This document shows, in pieces, positions 49,159 to 58,603 of a stretch of 64,000 nt of DNA. Location of the stretch: assembly GCA_016699535.1 (NCBI GenBank), contig CP064980.1, positions 593,728 through 657,727 on the forward strand, in the 5' to 3' direction. Positions within the stretch are counted from its first letter, which is position 1. The number at the start of each line of letters is the position of its first letter. This stretch comes from Myxococcales bacterium (GTDB lineage Bacteria; Myxococcota_A; Polyangia; Polyangiales; GCA-016699535). The notes beneath the pieces are model-generated. The model had not been told where the DNA came from. It was given only the letters and a program-made list of their open reading frames with translations, and made no database searches. The position numbers and the translations under genes are program-made.

Positions 49159-51894
49159 ATGAAATCCTATCTTTTTTCTATGGTTTCCGTCTTTCGAGTG
49201 TTTGGATGGCTGTTTGTTCTATCGCCCACCGTCGCTCAAGCTCAAAACTTGCTTGCTAATAGTGATTTCTCTCAGGACAATAGCGGATTTGTTTCGGATT
49301 ACACCTACGCTCCGGGTACCTGTCCTTCGTCTAACCCAAGCGCTTGTCCAGGTTGGCCGGAAGGCACTTACACTGTTCAAAATGATCCGAATGCCTGGCA
49401 TCCTTATTTTGATACCAATTTTTCAGATCATAGTCCAAGCGCTGACAACATGGCTATGTTTGTCAACGGCTCGGTGAATACAAACTGGGTCGTATGGCGA
49501 CAGACTGTAAGCAATCTGACTCCCAACACAATTTACGATCTTTCGATTTGGGCTGTGTCCATTCATCCAGCCAATACCGCGCGGTTAATTTTGCGGGTTA
49601 ATGGGGCCATTGTTGCTGGCGATTTGGTGCTCTCTTCCGAATTTGGCCAATGGGCGGAATTGGCTGGCGTCTGGAATAGCGGTAGCGCTAGTTCAGCGAC
49701 GATTGAAGTGTGGAGTATTAACTCTCTTGCGGGTGGTAACGACTTTGCTCTGGATGATGCTTCGTTTTCTGCGCGCCCCATACCGCCTGAAGTCAGCATT
49801 GTTTACCCCGCCAACGGCGCCACACTGAGCTCCAATCAACTCAGCATTCGCGGCACCGTCGATCCGGTTCCGCCACAAAGCACACTTTCGGTGAACTTTG
49901 ATCATCCGGAAATCTCCTGCGCGACGCTTGATGTCGAAAGCAACGGCATTTGGACCTGTATTCCAATTGGCAATTTTATCGACGGTGAAAATTATGCGGT
50001 AACTGCCGAAGTAAGCTCGGCTACTGGAACGAGCTCAAGCTCTGTTTCTTTCACTATCAACGACGGACCTTTTATAGAGATTCTAAATCCCAATCCGAGC
50101 AGCAAAATCAACGAAACAGATGTTGAAGTATCCGGCCGCGCTGAAATAGACAGCATCTTGGATGTTTACATCGACGGCACGGAGCTCTGTGTTGATCTTG
50201 CTATTACTGATGCTGATGAAGGCAAATGGAGCTGCCCAAGTCTTCAGAGCCTCGGAGATGGACTCCACACCATACGTGTCGTTGCAACCGACAGTTTTGG
50301 TTTTAGTAACGAAACATTTGCAGCCTTTACCGTTGATACGCAAACCTATGTAACTATTCTCAGCCCTAGCGATGGAAGTACCGTGGGATCTTTGCTGCCT
50401 GTGATTACGGGATCCTCAGAGCCCGGCGCAGCTCTAACGCTAAGCTTTAGCGATAGTTCCGTCGGTTGTGAGACCTTGCATGTTGATCCCAACGGCGATT
50501 GGTTTTGCACCCTAGGTACAGAGCTAAATGAGGGACAAAACTACGTTATTACCGCGCGGGCCATTGAAGATATTGGCCCCAATCCTGCCATCTTTGCTCA
50601 GGACCAAGTGACTTTTTCCGTCAACACCTTCGTGTTTGTGTCGATTGATTCGCCAAAGAACGGCACGGTAACCAACCAGCCCCAGTTTACGGTAAACGGC
50701 ACGGCTGAGCAGGGTGCTTCTTTGCTGGTCACACTGAATTCCAACCTTGAAATCTGTAGCATTGCTTCGGTTGCTGCAAGCGGCAATTGGAGCTGTCCGC
50801 TGCCCGAAGCACTTGCTGATGGGAATTATCTTATCGAGGCGCACGCCACGGATAATGGACAAAAAGCTACGGCCACTTCGCTTGTTGTGGTGGATACCAA
50901 GTTCTCGCTAACTATCGATGAACCTTACGACGGTGATACGACTTATCTAAGAACACCGGTGATTCGTGGCCGCTCTGCTACGGATGTGGATCCAAGTAGC
51001 ATGGTTCTAACCTTGAATCATGGAGCATCTTGCACCCTAAGCATCCAGAGCAATGGTGACTGGCAGTGCATTCCAACGACACCGCTTCTGGATGAAACCG
51101 TATACTCAATAAGTGTGAGTGCATCGGATCATGCTGGAAACACTGCTTCGATTCAAAGCGAGTTTACCGTACGCACGCATGCTTTTTTGACGATTGATGC
51201 ACCAGCACTAGGAGCAGTGATTGATGATCCTAGCCCAAGTATCCGTGGTCGAGCAGATGCAGGATACATGCTGTCGCTAAGCTTTGTAGGTGGAAGCCTT
51301 ATCTGTGAAACCGAAGTGGCCGCTGACGGAAACTGGAGCTGCCCAGTCACTTCGGCGCTATCCGACGGGGATTATGTCATCCGAGCAACTTCCACAGATC
51401 CAAGCAATGCAAACAACGTTGCTCGTAGAACAAGCTGGTTTACGGTCTTTACCTTGGATCCAAGTGTGGAGATTACAAGTCCAAGCGGTACAATCGATAC
51501 GCTCGAGCCCGAAGTCGGCGGCTCAAGCAACACACCCGATGGAACCCTTGTCACCGTGAGCCTGGATGGACAGCGCGTCTGCCAGACTGTGGTGACGGAC
51601 AGCGCGTGGAACTGTGGCTGGAACGGCGCTATCGTGCTTGAGTTTGGCAAGGACTATACCATCGAGGCAGTGCTTCAAGTAGGCACCAAGAGCGCAAGCG
51701 ATTCAAAGAGCTTTACGACTCCGGCAAGTGAGCCGCAAGCAGGCAACGTGCTCGATGACCTTGGTGGTGCAGCTGGTGGAGGTTGTGCATGCACTGTTGC
51801 TACGGCAGATGATTCACCACTCGGCGCCGCAGCCCTGTACTTTGCCGCAATGGTGATTGGACTTATCCTGAACAGAAAACGAGCAAGACGCTAA
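49159..51894 (+). CDS. surface protein: CBM-like N-domain + 7 Ig-like repeats + MYXO-CTERM-like sorting tail
   Basis: Signal peptide ending AQAQ. N-domain ending GGNDFALDDASF. Seven ~92-aa repeats, each with a conserved Cys pair. Tail GGGCACTVA...AALYFAAMVIGLILNRKRARR. Confidence 0.8.
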   Translation: MKSYLFSMVSVFRVFGWLFVLSPTVAQAQNLLANSDFSQDNSGFVSDYTYAPGTCPSSNPSACPGWPEGTYTVQNDPNAWHPYFDTNFSDHSPSADNMAMFVNGSVNTNWVVWRQTVSNLTPNTIYDLSIWAVSIHPANTARLILRVNGAIVAGDLVLSSEFGQWAELAGVWNSGSASSATIEVWSINSLAGGNDFALDDASFSARPIPPEVSIVYPANGATLSSNQLSIRGTVDPVPPQSTLSVNFDHPEISCATLDVESNGIWTCIPIGNFIDGENYAVTAEVSSATGTSSSSVSFTINDGPFIEILNPNPSSKINETDVEVSGRAEIDSILDVYIDGTELCVDLAITDADEGKWSCPSLQSLGDGLHTIRVVATDSFGFSNETFAAFTVDTQTYVTILSPSDGSTVGSLLPVITGSSEPGAALTLSFSDSSVGCETLHVDPNGDWFCTLGTELNEGQNYVITARAIEDIGPNPAIFAQDQVTFSVNTFVFVSIDSPKNGTVTNQPQFTVNGTAEQGASLLVTLNSNLEICSIASVAASGNWSCPLPEALADGNYLIEAHATDNGQKATATSLVVVDTKFSLTIDEPYDGDTTYLRTPVIRGRSATDVDPSSMVLTLNHGASCTLSIQSNGDWQCIPTTPLLDETVYSISVSASDHAGNTASIQSEFTVRTHAFLTIDAPALGAVIDDPSPSIRGRADAGYMLSLSFVGGSLICETEVAADGNWSCPVTSALSDGDYVIRATSTDPSNANNVARRTSWFTVFTLDPSVEITSPSGTIDTLEPEVGGSSNTPDGTLVTVSLDGQRVCQTVVTDSAWNCGWNGAIVLEFGKDYTIEAVLQVGTKSASDSKSFTTPASEPQAGNVLDDLGGAAGGGCACTVATADDSPLGAAALYFAAMVIGLILNRKRARR
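49783..51719 (+). repeat. seven tandem ~92-codon Ig-like coding repeats
   Basis: Repeat consensus visible by eye: (I/L)xxPxxG..., ...G(T/R)(A/S)..., LxVxxxxxxxC...xxxGxWxCxxxxxLxDGxYx(I/V)xAxAxD. Boundaries are approximate. Confidence 0.7.
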
Positions 51895-51916
51895 ACAAAC
51901 CCTTGCTCGTAAAAAA

Positions 51917-51950
51917 ACCGGCCCGGCTCATGCTCGGCCGGTTTTTTATT
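51917..51950 (+). terminator. rho-independent terminator
   Basis: ACCGGCC (51917-51923) pairs with GGCCGGT (51936-51942) and is followed by TTTTTTATTTT. 23 nt after the stop codon. Confidence 0.75.
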
Positions 51951-51988
51951 TTCTGATATATTCTAGGCAAACCAAAAAAAGGAAAACG

Positions 51989-52708
51989 ATGACTTATCGA
52001 CTTTATTACTGGCCGATGTTGCAGGGCCGGGGCGAATTTATTCGCCTTGCTCTTGAAGATGCATCCGCACCGTATATTGACGTTGCACGTCAAACGGAAA
52101 ATGAAGGCGGCGGCATCTCTGCCATCAAAGAGATCTTGAATAGAAAGACTTCTTTTCCTCCCTTTGCGCCACCCGTTCTTGAAGATGCTAAGGTATTGAT
52201 TTGGCAAACCGGACATATCCTTCAGTATCTGGCGCCAAAACTTGAACTTGTACCAGGCGGCGAGGCCAACTACAGAGTTGCTCAGCAACTGCAGCTCACG
52301 ATCACTGATTTTGTCTCTGAGATTCACGACACACATCATGCCTTAGGACCAAGCATTGCTTATGAAGAGCAAAAGAAAGCTTGCAAAGAGCGAAGCGCAT
52401 TGTTTTTGAAAGCCCGCATGCCGAAGTATTTAGGGTATTTTGAGCGGCTATTATCACACACTGAATCTGAGTATGTTTTTGGAAAGCAATGCAGCTATGT
52501 CGATCTCTCGCTCTTTCAAATCATCCAAGGCCTTGAGTACGCTTTTCCAAAAACTTTCGGGCACTTCAAAAACAAGATCCCTCACTTGATTGCCCTAGCC
52601 AACAGAGTTTCCAAGCGAGCAAACATAGCAAGCTATATTTATTCCGAACGCCGCATCCCCTTCAACCAACACGGCATCTTTCGTTATTATCCCGAACTCG
52701 ATGTTTGA
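51989..52708 (+). CDS. glutathione S-transferase family protein
   Basis: N-terminal thioredoxin-like MTYRLYYWPMLQGRGEFIRLALE, then a helical C-domain. 239 aa. Confidence 0.75.
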   Translation: MTYRLYYWPMLQGRGEFIRLALEDASAPYIDVARQTENEGGGISAIKEILNRKTSFPPFAPPVLEDAKVLIWQTGHILQYLAPKLELVPGGEANYRVAQQLQLTITDFVSEIHDTHHALGPSIAYEEQKKACKERSALFLKARMPKYLGYFERLLSHTESEYVFGKQCSYVDLSLFQIIQGLEYAFPKTFGHFKNKIPHLIALANRVSKRANIASYIYSERRIPFNQHGIFRYYPELDV

Positions 52709-52741
52709 TTCTGCCTGGCTTCCTGATATCAGCTAAGACAG

Positions 52742-54109
52742 GTGCTTGAAACTATTTCGATATTTTTGAGACAGGGGGTTGCTCTGGCTTGGGGCGCTCC
52801 GCTGCTTGTGCTTGTACTAGGCGGCGGGCTTTATCTCATGGTACTCAGTCGTGGTTTGCCCCTTCTTCACATGACTGAAGCGTGGCGTTTGTTGCTTCGC
52901 ACAAGCGATAAAAGCGGAACGGGCCAACTAAGTCACTTCCAAGCGCTCAGCACAGCGCTCGCCTCTACCATTGGCCTAGGAAACATTGCGGGTGTTGCCA
53001 TAGCAATAACCCAGGGAGGTCCAGGCGCTATTTTTTGGATGTGGATCAGCGCGACGCTTGGCATGATCATTAAATTTTTCTCTTGCAGTTTGGCAGTGAT
53101 GTACCGAACAAAAGACAAGCATGGAGAGGTTCTCGGCGGACCAATGTATACGATCGAAATCGGGCTTGGTCACTCGTATCGATGGTTGGCTATATTCTTC
53201 TCTGCGTTCGGGTTAATGGGCTTGCTTGGCAGTTTCAACGCCAATCAAATGGCCACAGTGCTTTATGAAACAACTTCTGTTCCCAAGTGGAGCACAGGTA
53301 TCTGCTTTGTGCTTATCACAGCAAGCGTCATCATCGGCGGCATCAAACGCATTGGTCGCGTTGCAAGTGTGCTCGTTCCCGCGATGTGCCTTTTATATCT
53401 TGGCTTGGCTCTTGCCGTGCTCTGCTTGCATATTGAAAAAGTTCCAAGCATCTTTGCCATGATCTTTCACGATGCCTTTTGTGGAAGCTCTGCCATCGGC
53501 GGGTTTTCAGGTGCTGGCGTAGCCTTTGTTATTCAAACGGGTGTTAAACGCGCTGCTTTTTCAAACGAGGCCGGCATAGGCACAGCGCCCATGGCTCATG
53601 CTCAAGCAAAAACGAATGATCCAATTTCAGAAGGTTTAGTGGCTATGATTGGTCCGTCCTTGGACACACTTTTTGTTTGCACCCTCACAGCGTTCGTTAT
53701 TTTAAGCAGTGGAATCTGGACCGAAGGTCAAGGCGTCGAAGGGATCACACTTACTCTACGTGCTGTAGAAAACAGCCTAGGTTTATTCGGAGTGATCGTT
53801 TTGCTGATGGTCGCCAGTCTATTTTCGATCACGACGATGATCGGCACATCCTATTACGGGAAAAAATGCAGCGTCTATCTCTTTGGTGAAGCATCAACCC
53901 CCTATTACTATGCCTTTTATCTGGGCATGCTCATGGTCGGGGCCCTCTGGACTGTCGATAGCATCGTTAATCTCAACGACATTGCCTACGCACTCATGGT
54001 TTATCCGAACATGACCGCAACCCTTATCCTTGCTCCCCGGGTTATGAAAATTTTTCGTGAGCATCGCGCCAAAAATCTACGAACTCGAAGTCATCGAGAC
54101 ACTCTCTAA
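52742..54109 (+). CDS. alanine/glycine:cation symporter (AGCS family)
   Basis: SHFQALSTALASTIGLGNIAGVAIAITQGGPGAIFWMW signature region. About 11 TM helices. 455 aa. Confidence 0.9.
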   Translation: MLETISIFLRQGVALAWGAPLLVLVLGGGLYLMVLSRGLPLLHMTEAWRLLLRTSDKSGTGQLSHFQALSTALASTIGLGNIAGVAIAITQGGPGAIFWMWISATLGMIIKFFSCSLAVMYRTKDKHGEVLGGPMYTIEIGLGHSYRWLAIFFSAFGLMGLLGSFNANQMATVLYETTSVPKWSTGICFVLITASVIIGGIKRIGRVASVLVPAMCLLYLGLALAVLCLHIEKVPSIFAMIFHDAFCGSSAIGGFSGAGVAFVIQTGVKRAAFSNEAGIGTAPMAHAQAKTNDPISEGLVAMIGPSLDTLFVCTLTAFVILSSGIWTEGQGVEGITLTLRAVENSLGLFGVIVLLMVASLFSITTMIGTSYYGKKCSVYLFGEASTPYYYAFYLGMLMVGALWTVDSIVNLNDIAYALMVYPNMTATLILAPRVMKIFREHRAKNLRTRSHRDTL

Positions 54110-57100
54110 ACTCAGGCAACGTTTTTACAAACTCTCCGGATGCCTTTTCTGGAAGGGGCACTTCAATGGCTTGTCCTTCGCCCTTATGATCTTTCGCAAA
54201 CAGTACATAGACTGATGGCACGATGAAGAGAGTGAACAGGGTGCCGATGCTCATGCCGCCGACAAGAACAATACCAATGGAGTTACGCGCGGCCGCGCCT
54301 GCCCCAGTTACAAGGGTTAATGGGAAATGACCGGCCACGGTTGCAACGGTTGTCATTAATATAGGCCGAAGGCGCGTCATGGCCGCTTGATGGACCGCAT
54401 CGATTTTCGATAGACCTTGTAGTTGCTGAGTATTCGCGAATTCCACAATGAGAATAGCGTTTTTAGCGATCAAACCCACCAGGGTGACTAGTCCCACCTG
54501 CGAGTAAATGTTTAGCGTTGTGGTCCAGCCTTCGGTAAGACCAAAAGATAGTCCTGGCGGGCCAGCGAATTTTAGAAAAGAAAATATGAGCGCGCCAAAC
54601 ATCGCCAACGGAACCGAACCTGCAAGGATCACAAAAGGGTCGCGAAAAGAATTAAACTGAGCCGCCAACACCAGAAAAATAAGCAAAATGGCCAGGCCCA
54701 TGGCTGGAAGAAACTTTCCTGACTCTTGGCGGAGCTGTCGTGACTCACCCGTGTAATCAACACGATAGCTCGGCGGAAGAATTTCCTTGGCTGCGTTCTC
54801 AAGCATGGTGAGTCCGCCGTTGAGCGAACGAGGCGCCAAGCCAGAAAGCTTCACGGAGTTCAGCTGTTGAAAGCGATTAAGGGTGCGAGGCTCGATGCTC
54901 TTTTCCAAACTGGCAACCGCACCAAGAGGAATGAGCTCGCCACGAGGGCCACTGATGTAAATATCGGGGACTTGTTCGGTGTTAAGTCTACTTGCTCGTT
55001 CGATTTGTGGAATGACTTTGTAACTACGTCCATCCATATTAAAGCGATTGACGAAGTTTCCGCTGAGCATCGCTGAAAGGTCACTGCCTACTTGCTGCAT
55101 GCTAAGGCCCATGGAAGCAACCTTGTCACGATCGATCACGATCTTTGCTTTTTTCTTGATCCATACGCACATCAATAATCGGCGGGAAGGCAAAAAGACC
55201 GCTCTTGAGCGCTTCTTCTGAAAGTTTTTCAACAAAGCGCAAAATTTCCTGATGATCGGCAGTTGAAGCAACCACAAGCTCAACAGGAAAAGTGCCTGCA
55301 CTGGGCAAGGCTGGGGGCAGAAAAGCAGGCGCACGCAAGCCAGCGACCTGACTTAACTTGCCCGCTAACTCTGCTTGGATTGGAAAAATACTTCGCTCAC
55401 GCTTGCTCCATGGCTGCACCAATACGCCACCAAAACCACCCGTAGGGAAGGTGATCTGAAAACTGTGCTCGTACTCGGGAATGCTTTCAAACTCATGTTG
55501 CATCTGTTCAGCAAAAGGCGTGAGCTGCTCCAAGGTAGCGTTCGGTGGCACATCAATCGCACTAAACACAACACCTTGATCTTCGTTTGGCGCAAGCTCC
55601 TGTGGAGAAAACATGTACAAAGGCACAATCAACAAGGCGAGCACGATCCAAATGCCGTAGATCATTTTTCTTCGCTGAAGCGATTGACCCAAAATACGCC
55701 CGTACAAATTCTTGAGCCGCTCAAAATCACGGTCAGCGCGAGTGGAAATCCAGCTCTTTTTATGATCGGCGCGCAAAAGCTTCGACGACATCATCGGCGA
55801 TAAGGTGAGCGCCACAATGCCTGAAATAAAGACTGCTCCAGCAAGGGTAAAGGCAAACTCGCGAAACAGCGCACCCGTTAGCCCGGCTTGAAAGCCAATC
55901 GGGGTGTAGACCGCTGCAAGCGTAATGGTCATGGCAACGATCGGACCTACAAGCTCTCTTGCTCCAGAAAAGGATGCTTGCAGCGGGCTTTGCCCTTCAC
56001 GCATGTTGCGCTCAACGTTTTCGACAACTACGATCGCATCATCGACCACCAGCCCCACCGCAAGAACAATGGCAAGCAGGGTCAAGAGGTTTACCGTAAA
56101 ACCCATCACCTGCATCAAAAACACAGCACCGATGAGCGACACCGGAATTGCAACCAGTGGCACAAGCACGCTACGCAGCGAGCCCAGAAACAGAAAAATT
56201 ACCACGATCACAATCAACACCGTTTCAATCAACGTGCGCACCACTTCATCGATTGCGTTGTTAATATAGGTGGTGGAATCGTAGGCGATGGAAGCAGTAA
56301 GCCCTTTGGGAAGCTCGTCACGGAGCTTGGAAATCTCCTCGCGCACGCTTTTGATTACATCAATCGAGTTGGCGTTGGGTAAAACCCACACACCCATAAA
56401 CACAGCTTTCTTACCCGAAAAGCGCACTTCCGCATCGTAGTTATCGGCGCCAAGCACTACATTGGCTACTTCCTTGAGCCGCACTAGGGCACCGTCTTGT
56501 TCACGAATCACAAGCTCTTTGAATTCATCAAGCGAACTTAGATCTGTTGTGGCCGAAAGATTAATCCGAACCAAGTTGCCCTTGCTCGCTCCTACTGCAG
56601 ACAAATAGTTGTTGGCTGCCAAGGCCCGGCGTACCTCGCTCGGACTCACTTTGAGTGCTGCCATTTTTGCAGGATCAAGCCAGGCTCGAATTGCAAACTG
56701 TCGTCCACCTAAAATATCGGCACGCTGCACACCGGAAAGAGCTGAAAGCCGCGGTTGCACGATGCGAGTCAAATACTCGGTGACTTGATTGTCCTCCAAA
56801 ATGGGCGAATCAAAGCTAAGGTACATGGCTGCTGTCACCGAATCCGACGGCTCGATGTTGATTGCGGGCAGTTCAGCTTCGGGCGGCAAATCCGCACGCA
56901 CCTGATTAACGCGTGAACTAATATCAGCAAGCGCATTGGCGGCGTTAAAGTTTAATTTAAGCCTAACGTTGATCGTGGATAAACCTTGAACACTCTCTGA
57001 CTCGATGTAGTCAATGCCATCAGCTGCCGCAATCGCACGCTCCAGTGGCGTCGTAATAAAACCACGCACCAAATCGGCGTCTGCACCAATATAGGGCGTG

Positions 57101-57243
57101 CGTACCGTGATCGTAGCGCTTTGCAGTTTCGGGTATTGCCGCACATTAAGCGAGCGAATAGCTTGCAACCCGCCCACCATGATCAGCACATTGATCACAA
57201 TTGCAAGCACAGGGCGACGGATAAAGATATCAGTGAATTTCAT
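54042..57243 (-). pseudogene. RND efflux transporter permease (AcrB/HAE1-like), frame broken at the T6 run 55149-55154
   Basis: ORF 55126..57243 gives MKFTDIFIRRPVLAIV... through ...IIDVRMDQEK. ORF 54042..55334 carries the continuation KAKIVIDRDKVASMGLS... through TM7-12. Deleting one A from the coding-strand A6 run restores MDQEKAKIVIDRDK. Confidence 0.85.
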
Positions 57244-57259
57244 CGTGATTCAACCATCG

Positions 57260-58417
57260 CTAGGAATTGGAGGGAGTGGGATGGAGCTTGGCATCGAGTT
57301 TAACATCGTTGTTAACATTCACAGTGGCGCCGTTACGTAGTTTAAAAGCACCAAGCGAGACGACTTCTTCATCGCCTTCGAGTCCCTTTTCAATGGCCAC
57401 AAAATCGCCTTGTGTTTCGCCCACACGAACGAATTGCTGCCGCGCGATTTTCTGAATCTTTCCGCTTTTTGATTTGCTCTCTTCGATCACAAATACAGAA
57501 TCACCATAGGAAGCGTGCACCAATGCGGTCACCGGAACAGTTACGATTTTTCTTTCTTTAGGCATAAGCACCTTGACGGTGACAAACATACCGGGGCGCA
57601 AAAGACTGTCCGGATCATTGGCTGTGGCGCGTACTTTCACCGAGCGGGTGGCTTCATCGACCGCAGGATCAATTGCAACGATTGATCCATCCATAGCCGG
57701 TCTGTCATTACCATCAAGATGCAAGCGCACGGGCAAACCAACGTGAACTGTCCTTAGATGCTCTTGCGGTAAAGTAAAATCGACGTACTGGTTTTCACTT
57801 GATTGAAGCACAACAACTGGCGTTCCAGGATTGAGATACTGCCCAACGTTTACCAGGCGGATGCCTAACTGCCCGGAAAAGGGTGCACGAAGCACTTTGC
57901 GTGAGATTTGAGCCCGAAGCGCCGAAGCTTCGGCCAACGTTGTCTTTACCGTGGTTTCTTCCGAATCAAGCTCTGCTTCTGGAACCGCATCCTGGGCGGC
58001 AAGCACGCGTGCACGATCACGATTAGTCTCTGCTAAATCACCACGCGCCATCGCCGAATCAAGTTGCGCACGCTCAACACTGGTATCAAGTTCGAGCAAA
58101 ACAGATCCTTGTTTGACTTTCTTACCGGATTCAAAATGAAGAGCTTTAACCACACCGGCGGCATCGTTACTCAAGGTCACGCCTTTGCCCGCCGCAACGG
58201 TCCCAATTGCAGAAATGCTTGCGTTCCACGTTTGTCGCTTGGCTTGGCTGCTGCCCACCACTTCTGGCGGTGGCCCAGCTTTTTCAGCTTCCTTGCCCGC
58301 TGCGATAAGCATGCTTATTTGAGAAAACTTAATGCCGATCAGGACGACAACAAGCGCAGCTACGGCGCCAATTGGAATAATATAAGGTCGAAGACGGGAA
58401 AAAAATGAGTTAGCCAT
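57260..58417 (-). CDS. efflux RND transporter periplasmic adaptor (MFP/HlyD family)
   Basis: N-terminal TM anchor, coiled-coil hairpin (SVERAQLDSAMARGDLAETNRDRARVL), beta-barrel region. Directly upstream of the RND permease. Confidence 0.85.
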   Translation of the reverse strand: MANSFFSRLRPYIIPIGAVAALVVVLIGIKFSQISMLIAAGKEAEKAGPPPEVVGSSQAKRQTWNASISAIGTVAAGKGVTLSNDAAGVVKALHFESGKKVKQGSVLLELDTSVERAQLDSAMARGDLAETNRDRARVLAAQDAVPEAELDSEETTVKTTLAEASALRAQISRKVLRAPFSGQLGIRLVNVGQYLNPGTPVVVLQSSENQYVDFTLPQEHLRTVHVGLPVRLHLDGNDRPAMDGSIVAIDPAVDEATRSVKVRATANDPDSLLRPGMFVTVKVLMPKERKIVTVPVTALVHASYGDSVFVIEESKSKSGKIQKIARQQFVRVGETQGDFVAIEKGLEGDEEVVSLGAFKLRNGATVNVNNDVKLDAKLHPTPSNS

Positions 58418-58603
58418 AACGGGTCTCCGCTAGCCGCAGCACCGTAATTTTTCGGCCGCGTCTGCTCGGAAACCACAGGGCTTAACCCACATTGGCAATA
58501 AATCCAAGAGCAAGAGTGAAGCCTTTGCAAATTCCAGCATTGTCCTGGAATATGAAGGTTAAGTACCTTGAAAAATTGCCAACTTTAGCAGAAACAGTGG
58601 TGC

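Noticed and set aside
54042-54109. 68-nt overlap of the convergent 3' ends of the AGCS symporter and the RND pump
   Set aside because: It probably just reflects a non-conserved C-terminal tail of the pump ORF running to the first stop. There is no evidence of regulatory significance.
55140-55160. dnaX-like A_AAA_AAG slippage in the RND pump
   Set aside because: The heptamer is present but out of phase with the zero frame, and the needed shift is +1/-2, not -1.
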